Program-made: the position numbers and the translations under genes
The notes under the pieces: model-generated
Told to the model about the DNA's origin: nothing
Databases searched by the model: none
Seen by the model: only the letters and a program-made list of their open reading frames with translations
Shown here: in pieces, positions 1 to 11,643 of the stretch
Layout of the letters: every line of letters starts with the position of its first letter
Position numbering within the stretch: position 1 is the first letter of the stretch
Assembly (NCBI GenBank): GCA_051362555.1
Contig: CM120642.1
Span: 10,416,001 to 10,480,000 of the forward strand
DNA: 64,000 nucleotides
Source of the DNA: Lingula anatina
Taxonomy: Eukaryota; Animalia; Brachiopoda
Direction: 5' to 3'

Positions 1-499
1 CCCAGTATAGGTAGGGATTTTTGAAAAACTCTGAAGTGTCTTGGGATCTGACTGAATTCTGATGTCAGTTGGACCAAGGAGGTGTGTGGGATCCCAGTGT
101 AAATGAACAGTTATGAATACAGCTGTAGAAAACCATCCTGAGATGCAAAGATTATTGGGAACTCCGTTAACATCAAGTCCTGCTTTTCCATTTATTGTTA
201 GTCTAACATTTCACTTACTGAAAAAGGCGTGCACGATGAATCCCAGAAGCTTGAGGTGCAGGAATCCCATTAGTAGCATGCAATTTTGTTAGTTGTAACT
301 TCACTGTCAGACTAAATGAAAGTTTTTGATTGACTTTCATTTGGGTTGATTCTTTTCTTTCTATGGTGCTTAGGCTCAGGACATTGGCAACTGCCTCATA
401 TTCTAAGAATTGTCATTTATAGTTCTATCCTTTAGTCATGCGTAACTGAACCTGAGCCTTGTAAATTCACTTCATTTTAACACTAATAGCTTGTTTTCT

Positions 500-928
500 T
501 CAAGTTATTTCCTGTATTGTCTCATCATATGTATCCACAGTTATTCTATGTTCTCGTGAGCTGCTGGAAACATCATTGTTTGTAACAGAACTGGAACCAT
601 ACTGTCTTGCTTCTTCATTGGGCTGATGCTGCCTCCTATTGCCAAGTACAAACACTGTGTGTCTTTCCCGAACTCTTCTGTCACCGTCACCACCAAAACA
701 AGACCCGGAACTGCTTCGGCTCTTCCAGCACATTGAAGCTATAACAATAATTATCAGAAATACAACTGCAGTAATGGAGCCTCCAATAAGCCCTGAGGCT
801 ACTGTGAAAGAAGACGCATGTTGAAGACTCGTCGCATTTTTCACACTGTCAGGTCCTCTACTTTCTGATGCAAATTGAAGATTTGTAGGAAAATCTTTAG
901 TGGTTGTTGGAACCAGCAAACCTTTCAT
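500..928 (-). CDS. Small single-pass membrane protein of unknown function (142 aa), nested antisense in a TMEM33 intron
   Basis: ATG-initiated ORF with an N-glycosylation sequon (KNATS), one hydrophobic helix (LIGGSITAVVFLIIIVIASMCW), a basic stop-transfer (KSR) and an S-rich tail. Acceptor caatag|g at 944. Upstream minus-strand exons with canonical GT-AG sites at 1087-1148 and 1259-1318, and further donors near 1431 and 4838. Confidence 0.6.
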   Translation of the reverse strand: MKGLLVPTTTKDFPTNLQFASESRGPDSVKNATSLQHASSFTVASGLIGGSITAVVFLIIIVIASMCWKSRSSSGSCFGGDGDRRVRERHTVFVLGNRRQHQPNEEARQYGSSSVTNNDVSSSSREHRITVDTYDETIQEIT

Positions 929-1465
929 GGTGCATATACGTGTCCTATTGTGTAATACACATACATCCCATTTGTTAAAGCACAGTTATTTTAGAAAATG
1001 ATAAAAAACTTTTCTCTGTAGAGTTGTTTTTATCATGATACCTGTGCACACCCTTTGAACACTTTGGGCACTGTCCTCAATATTACCTACACTTGATATC
1101 CAAAATGGTTTGGCTCAATTCCAAGTGACATTGAACTAGTACGCAAACCTGGAAGCAAAATGAAATAAGATTGTAAACAAGTAACCACAAGAGGATATGT
1201 CGTGATTCGTGTTACTATTTTTATTTTTAAACAGTTTGATCAAGTGTATCTCACATACCTTTCAGCACCATTCGCCAGTGATGTAACAGACTTTTTTGCA
1301 AGTCATCAGTCGAAGAATCTGAAAATTAAAATAGATCCATGATTTCAGGTTTTAATAAAGAAACCTGGAAATAAGTAACTAAATACAAACCCTCTTTTTT
1401 GGAATCGAATCACTATTTGATTTTCTTTTACCTTGGTATACTGGTAATTGACTGGCTTAAATCAA

Positions 1466-1566
1466 GGACTATGAATTCTGCGTTACATTTGGTCCAAAAT
1501 CAGGTTGCAAAGTGATCGTGGACTATGAGTTCTACGTTACTGGTCCAAAATCGGGTTGCAAGGTGA
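1466..1566. repeat. Imperfect tandem duplication, two copies of about 50 bp
   Basis: ggactatgaattctgcgttacatttggtccaaaatcaggttgcaaagtga (1466-1515) versus ggactatgagttctacgttactggtccaaaatcgggttgcaaggtga (1520-1566). Confidence 0.85.
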
Positions 1567-4500
1567 CAGCTTAAGTAGTCACATGTCATCTGACATGTGA
1601 TGGTCAATAAAGGGGGTGACCCTGAATACTCCCATTCATCAGTGACCATGACCCACAGGGTCAGATTACATCCTTTAGTTCATAAAGGTTTATCCTTCAA
1701 TGATTTATGTTTTTGTGGTTTTATGGAATCACCAAGTACAACAACATTATAATGTGGGGTTTTCTACCTGTCACTGTCTGCACAATAAACATTTCAGCCC
1801 TGTGGTCAAATGGACTCGTAGGCCTCATGCAGAAAATTACTGGCCCAAATCCAACGCCTAATTTTTGCTAGTCAGTTGCTACAGAGTTGTGGTTAATGCT
1901 GTAAATTGCTGCTTACCAAGAGTTTACAGAGAGCCACAGGGAAGACAAATTTTTTTTTTTTTTTTTTTTTGTTTTTTTAATTTACCATGTTTTTACCATC
2001 AATAAATATAAAAACTCTGAACTTTTCCTTTTTTGCACATTATGTGTAAGGGAAAGTACATGAGTATATGCAAAGGCTTACATTATGAGCTAGAATCTTG
2101 TGACATTTAAAATTTTTTTCATCATAAATGAAGTCTATTATAGCCCATTTCCTCATTTCTAACCTACTAGGGTTGTTGTCTAGTAAAAGCCTGTAACATT
2201 ATATTTTAAAGGTTTTATTTGTAATTCACTGTCAAAATGCTAAATGTAATGTAAAAACATGTAAATTCTGCATCTTAAACATGTTCTTTTTTCACACTTT
2301 TGATTTTAACCAGCCTCATAAGTTCTATTATGATTAGAAAAATTTTAAGAGAAAAATTTGCAAAACCTAATTTGTCAAAACTTTTGTCACACCCTTCTCA
2401 ATTTTTATGTACCAAGTTATGAACCATGACCCTGATTAAAGCTCTTTTGGTACTCAGGTTACCTTTTTCCATATCTTGTACCATTGACAGTCAGGCAAAT
2501 GTAGCTCTCTGTGTTGATGTAATACTAAATCCAGCTTTTTAAAAATCAGCCAAGACCTTCACCTGTGAGGCATCTACAATGTGAATACAAATGGAAGTGT
2601 CAAAGCCGTAGCCCTAATATGCCTGTCAGAAAAGACTGTTGTCATCCAAAGACAAAGATCTGTTAAGAAAGTGTGTCAGGGCGCAATGAGTACCACTTGC
2701 CTAAAACTGAACAATGCTTCTCTTCAATAAGACCAAATGACTTTCTAATTGAAGTCTAGCTTTTTAATGACTGAGTTGGACACATAATAGCAATCACCTC
2801 TAGAGTGCTTTCAGTTGTAGTCCTATTGGAACAATGTGCTGTTGTATGTAAACATTGAAGAAGTGGATTGTTATTTGTTGCATTTTATTTGTTTGGTTTT
2901 GCCTTAGACTCTTTAGGTCTATTTTAGTCAAAAGATATGTAATTATGGTCCTTGCAGCTAATCACATTTTATAGAGTATTTTACACACATACTCACTTAA
3001 AGAGCATTACCAAAAATTACCATTTTTCCACGGTTTATTTTACTGTTGTAACCAGTGTTCTACACCTGCCCATATAGGTTGCCATGAAATTAACCATTAA
3101 AACCCAAGTAAAAATTTTATGTCCAGCAGTTGCGATTATGCTACATCAATGCATGTTTTATTTGTGCACATTCCCATTTAAATTTTATTTAAGTGCCATA
3201 TTTTAGTTAAATGAGAATGTAGGCAGAAAATATGTATACTTTCCAAATCATGTCATTGATTCAGGATGGTGTTTTTGACAAAATTGTTGTAACATGTTTT
3301 TAAAAAGAGCACGCAGTTGAAATATTGAATTTCAGAAGATCTTATTTTGAGATGTGAAGACAACATTTATTAAGATGAAAAAAATGCAGCAGAGCCTTGT
3401 GTCAGCCAAATCAAAAGCCCTCTTGTATGGGGTGTCTGATTTGATTAAATCACCCTGTCTGATTTTATCAGTTGAAATGTGCTAGACTGGTGACTGCCTC
3501 CCCTAATTACTGTATGTCATGGAAGAATTGGTGACCCCACAACATGTACCCTAAGGACATATTTACCTAAAAATAAGGTATAAAATTTGGTATCCCTTTT
3601 CTTGTGAATGAACTTGTCTTATTAGACCCTTTTCAGCTATAGTTGTAGAGCATCTTTTTTTAGAGATTGACAGCTTAATAGCCTGGCTATTTTGTAATAA
3701 GGTCACTTAAATGCCCCCCCCCCTCCCCTACACGCACATACATACACATCATAATGATGCAACAGGATTAATTTTGATTGGCACTTTGGGGTTTGTGAAA
3801 TGGAGTAACAAAAGGCATTGATAAAAAAATCTTATTATCGTATATGATATAAGCATAATCTTGGTATTTTTATTGTAAAAGATAATTATTTGAACAAGTC
3901 AAATATTAATTTGTTTATACCTAAGATCTGGTATATTAGATCTTAGTTTATACCAAATGTCACTAAAATTTTATGAAAGACCCTACATTTCAAAAAAATG
4001 TTTCCCTTACCTTATAGTGTCTTGACAACATTGCTTATGTACTGTAGTTGAATTTTGAGGTGCTAAGTACCATGCAGGTCATGGTAGAGGGGGTGATCCA
4101 TTGATTAGATTGCTGACAGTGCAAATGTCTTTCATTTGATAGTTTTCATTTTTACAAAACTTGGCTTACAAAGGAAGACTAAGACTGCAATCTATCGCCA
4201 TGGGGAGTCTCATTCCTAGTAGATTGTTGTCAGCCTGACCAGCTTAAATGTCTGTCCCGCCTACTAAAAGCTGTAAGGGGGTAATTAACTTTTGTGCGTG
4301 CTCGGCTCTCAGAACCTGACAGCAATTTAGTGTGAACTCCCAAGGAGTTAGGTCGATCTGGATAGATCAATCTAAGTCTATGGGAACCCAGTCTAAGACC
4401 TAAATAAAAACATCAGTTGTCTGCCCATGTGCATCCTTGATCCTCAAATACTTCAAAGCAATAGTTATTTAAAGCTGTGTGATGTTGGTTAGACCTTTAT

Positions 4501-6734
4501 GTAATGGAAAAATTCAACAGTTTAGCTTATTTCAACATTTTTTTTTTCTTTTTTTGGTTGAGTGGAATTTACCAGTCTTTGTGTCCATCATGGGAATGAC
4601 TCAAAACTTAAAAACTTGTAATTCAAATAATAATTTTCAGATTTTTATTTTGTCAGTGGTTTTGGATACCTTGGTGATAAAGGAAAAGGCATTAAAATTT
4701 TTGAATTTTTTTAATATACTTGGTATTCCTTTAATAAGTAGATTTGTTTTAAGGGTTATTTATAAAAAAATTATTCCCTAACTAAATATTTTTGAAATAT
4801 AATTTTTTTATGAATGTAAAAAATTAGTTTTTCTTACCTGGTTTCACTTCAGTTGGCAATATCATTCAGAAGTTGTAACACTCCTGCTGTCAAAATTTTT
4901 TATTTGCTGAAACACCAGTCACAAATTTAATTTTCACCCTTCAACTCGAAGCATACTCTATCTCTTCTGAACACTTCATGTGGCATCAGTGCTTTATAAA
5001 GTATGAGTATTTTTATTTTTAACTACTGATCTAACTTTTCATTAATGTAAATGATTTCATTCACTGACTCTTACAGGGGTCAAGGATAATGCACCCCTGT
5101 TTCGCAATCTTTTAGGCCACGTCTGCAAAAATGGTGTTAAGAGGCCTGCATTTTTCAAGCTTGTTGTCTTCCTAAATAAGTTAATGGGTTAAGTAATTGA
5201 TTTTTTTATCTAAAATTTACCAGTTTTGTTAGTACACCAATTTGCTTTTATGTACTTTCTGCAGGGTGTTTTTTGGGAATTGAGTTTGCTCACTGTGGAC
5301 AAATAGTATTTATCAAAAAGTTTAGTACATCAGCCTTTTCCAAAAATAACTTATGTCTGTTAATTCTCTCATTCATTATAATTCCTGTGTCCAAGCACAT
5401 TTACCAGATCATTTTTATCATTTTTGTGGTCATGGCAGAAGTGTCTATGGCTATTTTCAAGTCTCTTTGCTTGGGCTTAAATTTTCAAAACACGAAATTT
5501 GTGGTTGTCATTGACCCAAATTCTCAACAGGTTTTCACTTACAACACAATGTAATTAGGCATACTTATGAAAATAAAGAGACTAGACAAAATGTTACAAA
5601 ATTATAAGTCACAAGCTTTAGAGAATATGGTCTTAGTTTGAAAGTAACAATTGCAATGACTAATTTTTTGCTCTAACGTTCAAATCAATAGTGAAAAAAT
5701 TGGCATATTTTCAGAGACATAATTGTTATAAAAGTGTGTACATTGCCAAGACTTTGTTTAAAACATGGCATATTGGACATGTATAGTTAGATGTAATTCT
5801 TATCAAAAATAACTTTTACACAGCATATTAGTCCCCTAGGCAAATGATTTGCTGCAGGTGGCCTTTGTACATTTTGTGGTTCTGCTTTTTTTGTGCATGA
5901 AAGCACATGTACTGGTTCTTCTGCACAAAGACAACAATACATCCATAGAATGTATCCAGCAAGAAAAATGGATAGAGAAATGCGAGGAGATTTGAGAAAT
6001 CACTTGTTTATGTTGCTTATTTTCTGTCTTTCCCAGATTGGTAGGGATGAGATCAGCAGTAGAAATGTGGGAATCATGTTAATGAATTAGCAAACTGCAT
6101 TGTGATTAGATGATCTCATGGTTGCTTGATGTGTTTGTATAAAGCTGATGTTGTTGAACTAGGGCAGATCTAGTTTTTCTGTAGTTTTTTACTATTAAGG
6201 TTCAGTGCAGTGTGAAAACATTATATCCTATAGTGATGATAATGAAAACTTAGTATTTTGTTTGCATGATACTTTGACTTTTTAATGGAACAAGGTTTCT
6301 TTGAATGACAGAAAATGTAAGTTTAAAAAAGAAATAACAGCTGAATAGACTGGATTTAAACTGTGCTTTAAGGATTTACCAGCCTAAATGGACAATTTTC
6401 TCCTTCTCACAAATCATTGCTTGATTTATCCCTAGCACTTGGATTCGTTTTTTATTCCATTTTTAATTAAGTAATTGGTTTCTAAGTGACTTGCCAGTTA
6501 TTTTTGGGATGGCATCTGCCTTCGTTGCCTTCACAGGCATGAAAAGAAAATGAATCACGCCCCTGTGCCATGTATGATAATGACATTGTGAGCTGTCAAA
6601 AGCTACCCAAGAAGGCTGAGAAAATAATAACCATTGCACAATGTTTATACTTCAGATGAACTTTTATTTAAAAAAAAGGGTTGTATTGTCTTTTAAGTTT
6701 GAATTGAGAAATACAAGAGGCTTTGCAGTACATA

Positions 6735-6900
6735 GGCTCCATTCAGAATAGGGGACTAATTAGTCCGAGGGTCAAATATGGCACACCCACTTGAATAGGC
6801 CTACTTCCCCACCAGATATCTATATTATGTCTATTAGCAGATAAGACAGCAAGCTTTGTAGTGGGCTGCCATATTTGACCCTTGGATTCTAAATGGGACC
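6735..6900. mobile_element. MITE-like foldback element, about 165 bp
   Basis: Left arm ggctccattcagaat...tccgagggtcaaatatggcacacccact is nearly the reverse complement of right arm agtgggctgccatatttgacccttggattctaaatgggacc. Non-coding. The left arm contains the 14-bp palindrome ggactaattagtcc. Confidence 0.6.
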
Positions 6901-8318
6901 ATAGATACAACTGTGCGGAATTTTCAAAAAGTGCAGAGTGCCTTTAACTTTGTACTTATTTTCTTAATATTTAACTGTTTATTTTACTCATTAATATTGT
7001 CTGTACAGTCCACTAAACATTAAACCACTAAACATGGATTTTAGACACTTTGTTGTTATTATTATGGTAATTACTCAATCTTTTCAATGGGGAAGAATTA
7101 TCAATTTTTCAGATACATTATTTTATTGAAAATTATTTCTTTGTAGTATTTATGATGCTTTTATTGTATAGAATGGAACTAAGGCAGCCTGCTTTTTAGT
7201 TTTGTTGCAAACTTGATAATGTTCTAACTTTAAGAATTTATCATTGAAAAAACAGATTATCTGTAAAATTCACGATTTTGCCCAGTGAAAATCACATTAA
7301 TATAATTTTAAAAAGAGTAAAGGTTAAGAGCTAAGATATTAGATTTTTGTTTTATGAAATCATCAAAGAGTGTTCTAGAATCACTGAATAAACCCCTCTT
7401 ACCCTTGGTTCTCTCAAATGTTTTTTTTTTTTTTTTTTTCCTTTCTTTGGTTATTTATATTTTTTGTTATGTTGGTATATGTATCAATGCCTATAGTCCT
7501 TCATCCTAAATCTGTGTCTTACCAATACCTGACTGTACCTGACAGTACCTGGCTGTGCAGATTGTGTAAATAATGAGGGGATGGATTTCACTCAACTTAA
7601 TAAATCTTACACTTTTTCTTGCCCACTACATGATCATGTTACATAAACTGCTTCTTGTTTTTCTTTTTTTTGCTAAACAATGGTGTTATTTTACAACTGC
7701 CCTATTTATATAATAAAGAATCATGACTATTATGTTTGAGGTTTTGATGTGGCATTAAAGAAACAATCATGTCCATGTCATGATATGGGAACTGTTGAAA
7801 CTGGAAAACATTACCTTTTAGAGAATCTTTTCAATTTAATGATTTTAAAAAACTGTGCAATATTGTGGCATTCCTATAAAAATTATAAAGGTTATATTAG
7901 TGTACATACTAGATTTGTGTGTACTGAGCACAGTGTAGAAATGGACATCTGTTCAGAAATTTTCATCAAAGTGTGCATGTGTGTGTGTGTGTTTAAACTT
8001 CTGGCTCCAGCCTTTGCCTTTAATATTTGTGAAGTTTTCCTGTTGTAGTTTAAGATGTGTAAAATGTAAGAATATCCTGATGATTAACCCTTAACAGCCT
8101 TTCATTTGAAAAAAGCAGCATATAACTTTTTTAGTAACAGTATTTTGTGTTTGGTATGTGTGCTTGCCTGTCATTGATTCGGTCTTTATATGTATAAAAT
8201 ACTGAATTTCATTAATTTTCACTTGATACACATTTAGTGTGCAGTTATTAACAACTTAGTGTTAATCTTTTTTTTTTTTTACATTAAAATGCTTATTTTG
8301 CTAAATATGATTTGATGA

Positions 8319-8327
8319 TTCCTTAAC
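8319..8327 (+). other. U12-type (minor spliceosome) branch point TTCCTTAAC of the TMEM33 intron ending at 8337
   Basis: Exact U12 consensus ttccttaac ending 10 nt before the exon start (cag|tgg, exon starts 8338), with no long polypyrimidine tract. The matching 5' splice site is not in the window. Confidence 0.75.
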
Positions 8328-8337
8328 TTCCTACCAG

Positions 8338-9087
8338 TGGCTTTGGTGCCAATATGTCTCTTTGCATTGCTCCATGCCTCAAGCTTCACAAGAGCTCTTC
8401 TTGATGTAAGTACATGCATTATGCACATGTGCACACACAATCAGATTTAACACATTATAAGGTGATATTTATTGTTTCCAGTTCCTTCGATGTTGCGTAA
8501 TATAACTGTTTCTAATCTTAACCATAAACATCCATATCACACTAAGGTGGATAACTGTTTTTTTTTATCAGTTGATTAAAGAAATATGTTGTTTATATGA
8601 CTGATTTTGTTTCCTAGAAACTAGGACCCAATTCCCTGCAGTTGGTGCGTAATTTGATTGGCAAGTTAGATGGCCAACAAGTGAGCATCCTGAGATTCGT
8701 AGCCTGCACAGAGATTTTCATCATGCCAACCTCCATCTTTATGATATTTACGTAAGTTAAATAATTAGTGGTATCATTGTTGGGTCATATGCCTTGGAAT
8801 ATAAAAATTCAGGGAAAAATGTTTGTTTCTTGTTGCTTTACTTTTATTTATCTCTGTTCACAATTTTATTGAAATGCACGGATGTCTGTTAAACTGACGT
8901 AAATTAGCTATTGGTACTTGTGAGTTATGTATGACTTACTGAGATTATAAGAGTAATGTCATCTTATTCACGTCTTATTTTCAGTAATTTCATGTTTTCT
9001 GTATATACAAAAGGACTTAAGAAAATGAATTAGTTTAACCATTAAAAAATTCTATTTACTTGAATCTGGCAGGTGGAACAGTTTGTT

Positions 9088-9120
<33 letters not shown>

Positions 9121-9759
9121 CAGTGGGCGAGCTTCATTATTGTTTCCATTCCTTTACTACCGGTTCTTGAGTCTACGCTATACTTCTAGAAGAAATCCAT
9201 ATTGCAGGTAAATTGATATTTGAACCTTTGTTCAGATTGTGACAGGGTGTAACCACTTGCACAACTATCACATTTTTTAACAGGTGAAGTCTTAAGGATA
9301 CCAAGCTCTTGTACATTCTCTTATTCTGGCTGAAACATGTTTATTCTTAAATGCTGACTTTAAATGCAGAAAATTCATGATTTTCAAATTCTACCCCCCC
9401 CAAAAAAAAGTAATCAGAAAAAAGACACAAAACTGGAGTGGGGTTGCTACTTTGCGACACCACACATAAAGGCATTTGTGTCTCATTCTATGAAGTATTC
9501 TTATAATAAAGAAACTTACAGAGGTTGAATTAATTATTTTATCCTGTATTTGCACTCCTGACTTAAGGAAAGTGACATTTTACTGATCTGGCAGTTGTTT
9601 AATTGCAGGACCTTATTTTGGGAGTTAAGGATGACCATTGAACACCTGGTCAACAAGCCACAGTGTCCACAAGCTGTTAGAAACCTAACTTTTAAAGGTA
9701 TAGCATTTGTGAACAGACTTGCCCCAACATTTGTTACACAACAACAACAGCAGCAGTAA
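8338..9759 (+). CDS. TMEM33: Transmembrane protein 33 (UPF0121 / Krueppel homolog 2 family), last four coding exons; the 5' exons lie left of the window
   Basis: Exons 8338-8405, 8618-8751, 9124-9207, 9609-9759 (GT-AG, phases consistent) translate to ALVPICLFALLHASSFTRALLD-KLGPNSLQLVRNLIGKLDGQQVSILRFVACTEIFIMPTSIFMIFT-GRASLLFPFLYYRFLSLRYTSRRNPYCR-TLFWELRMTIEHLVNKPQCPQAVRNLTFKGIAFVNRLAPTFVTQQQQQQ*. This matches the TMEM33 C-terminal half, including the YYRFLxLRYxSRRNPY signature. Confidence 0.95.
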
Positions 9760-11637
9760 TGAGATACTCTGAGAAAGACATTCACTTCAAGAGATTGTTT
9801 GCTTCTAGCTGAAAAAAATCTCCAGTTGCAATTTCTGGAGTACTTGATGACTTGGGATGGTCCATGAAAACAGCTTTAGTATTTCAAGAATATAAAAATG
9901 AAAGAACTGCATAATGCATTGTTAAAACAAGTCACAAATGAACATAATGTGGATTTCAGACCCATAGATTATAATATCCCCAAATTATTAATAGAAAATT
10001 GAAATACCAAGCATTGGATAAAGCACAAGTTTTTCATATTTGTAAGAATAATTATGGAGTTAAAATGTCCTTCCACATTTTCATGGGATCAGCATGTAAG
10101 TGTAGCACATTTAGATCAGTCAAATTGCACAGTGAATATCCCCAAAAAGTGTTCTAGATGAATAGAAGTCTGGCTAATTGCAGTTTTGCTCCAAATTTTC
10201 CACCTTAGTTCTAATACAACAATTGAAAACTGAATTCACATGTAATATTTCTAAAGAGTTGTTCAGATATGGTGTGACCTGAAAGGAATTAGGGTCTAAA
10301 ATGCTGTTAGGTGACCATATTAATTTACCATTGGTCTAAATGCCTAATGTCTGACATAGTGGTGTCTTTGTACACAGGGCAGGACTATATAGAAACCCCA
10401 CTGAGGATAAGATATTTGAATCATTGGTTTATTAATCTGATGGGCTAACAAACTTGATGCCTGGTTTGGTGTCGATTTCCACCACATCTAAACGTATCTT
10501 TATTGTGTTAATGATATAAGACTGTACTGCTGAGTAATATACAGAAACAGTTATATCATAGTGAAATTAGCCTCATTTCTCTTTTTTATCTGCAAGAAAA
10601 ACCATGAAATATTATGACTTGCACTAAAGAGCACCAAGCAAATCCATATGTTAGAGATCAGAAGAGACAAATTTAAAAGTAATTGATTAAAACTAAGACC
10701 CTAAATGATTGTGATTGGATAGGAAAGTCCTGAATTAAATTTCACATACATTTTTCGCTTCTTGTTATTGTAACTACTCTCTTTTGTGTAGACTTATGCT
10801 TCCATTATTTTCCAAGAAGCTATGGCTCTTTGGAAAAAGGTTTAGTATTGATGCCCAAATTTGACAAGAAGGGCTGCTTTCTGTTACCTGTAAGTATGCA
10901 AATTTGAGACCAATGGCTGAATTTAAAGCAAATACGGCTGAAGTTAGGGCAAATATAGGAATTTAGTGAGAAATACTCTCATTAACACATACAAATTTAT
11001 GTGTTGTTTTGATGCCTCCCCCCTCCCCCACCTTAAAAAGCCCCAAAGCCTTATGTAAACCTCAGATCTCTATCTCTTTAAAATGCTGTCCCTGGGACAG
11101 TTTTCTTGCCCAACTTGTTGATTAGAGCTGACCAGATCAAAGTTTGCTATCTTACAACTTTCGTAATTTTCAGTTCATGATCCTGCATTTTGTGCCCTTT
11201 CGGGTAATTCTGTGTAAGTGTTTTAAATGTGACACATAAAATCTAATTAATTACAAAGCCAGTTTTGATTATTCAAAAATGTTGAATGCCACTATTTCAT
11301 ACAAGGATACAAATTAGATGTGATCCATATGTGCTGCTTTAAGAGTGTGTCTAATTATAAAATTTGTGTAACATGTCTTTGTGAGCCTGTATGGTTAATG
11401 TTTTCAACCCACTTTAATGTACGTCATGGAATGCTGTGTAATTGTAGGCATTTTTTGCCATATTTTCTATTTAAGTTGCTAAATACATTAAAAAGCTTTT
11501 CCAAAGAGTTCTGTATGTTCTCATTCTGTTTGTATCATGACACTTAAAAAAAGTAAAACTATTTATTTAAAGATTGTAAATGTGATAACTTTAGGAAAAT
11601 CAATAAGACACTGCATACAACACCAATGTGTGATAAT

Positions 11638-11643
11638 TTTATT
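11638..11643 (-). terminator. Candidate polyadenylation signal (AATAAA) of dachshund
   Basis: tttatt on + is AATAAA on -, followed on the minus strand by a GU-rich stretch (ttggtgttgtatgcagtgtctt). It lies about 1.9 kb after the dachshund stop, near where strand skew appears to switch. Confidence 0.45.

Noticed and set aside
1-499. Possible decayed coding extension after the 500-928 ORF
   Set aside because: Several in-frame stops and no recognisable domain; indistinguishable from 3' UTR.
3590-3600. gtatcccttt as the U12 donor of the TMEM33 intron
   Set aside because: Deviates from GTATCCTT, and the preceding sequence does not encode TMEM33.
9534-9785. Minus-strand ORF with a CCCCCC run
   Set aside because: Antisense shadow of the last TMEM33 exon; the Cys run mirrors the poly-Gln codons.
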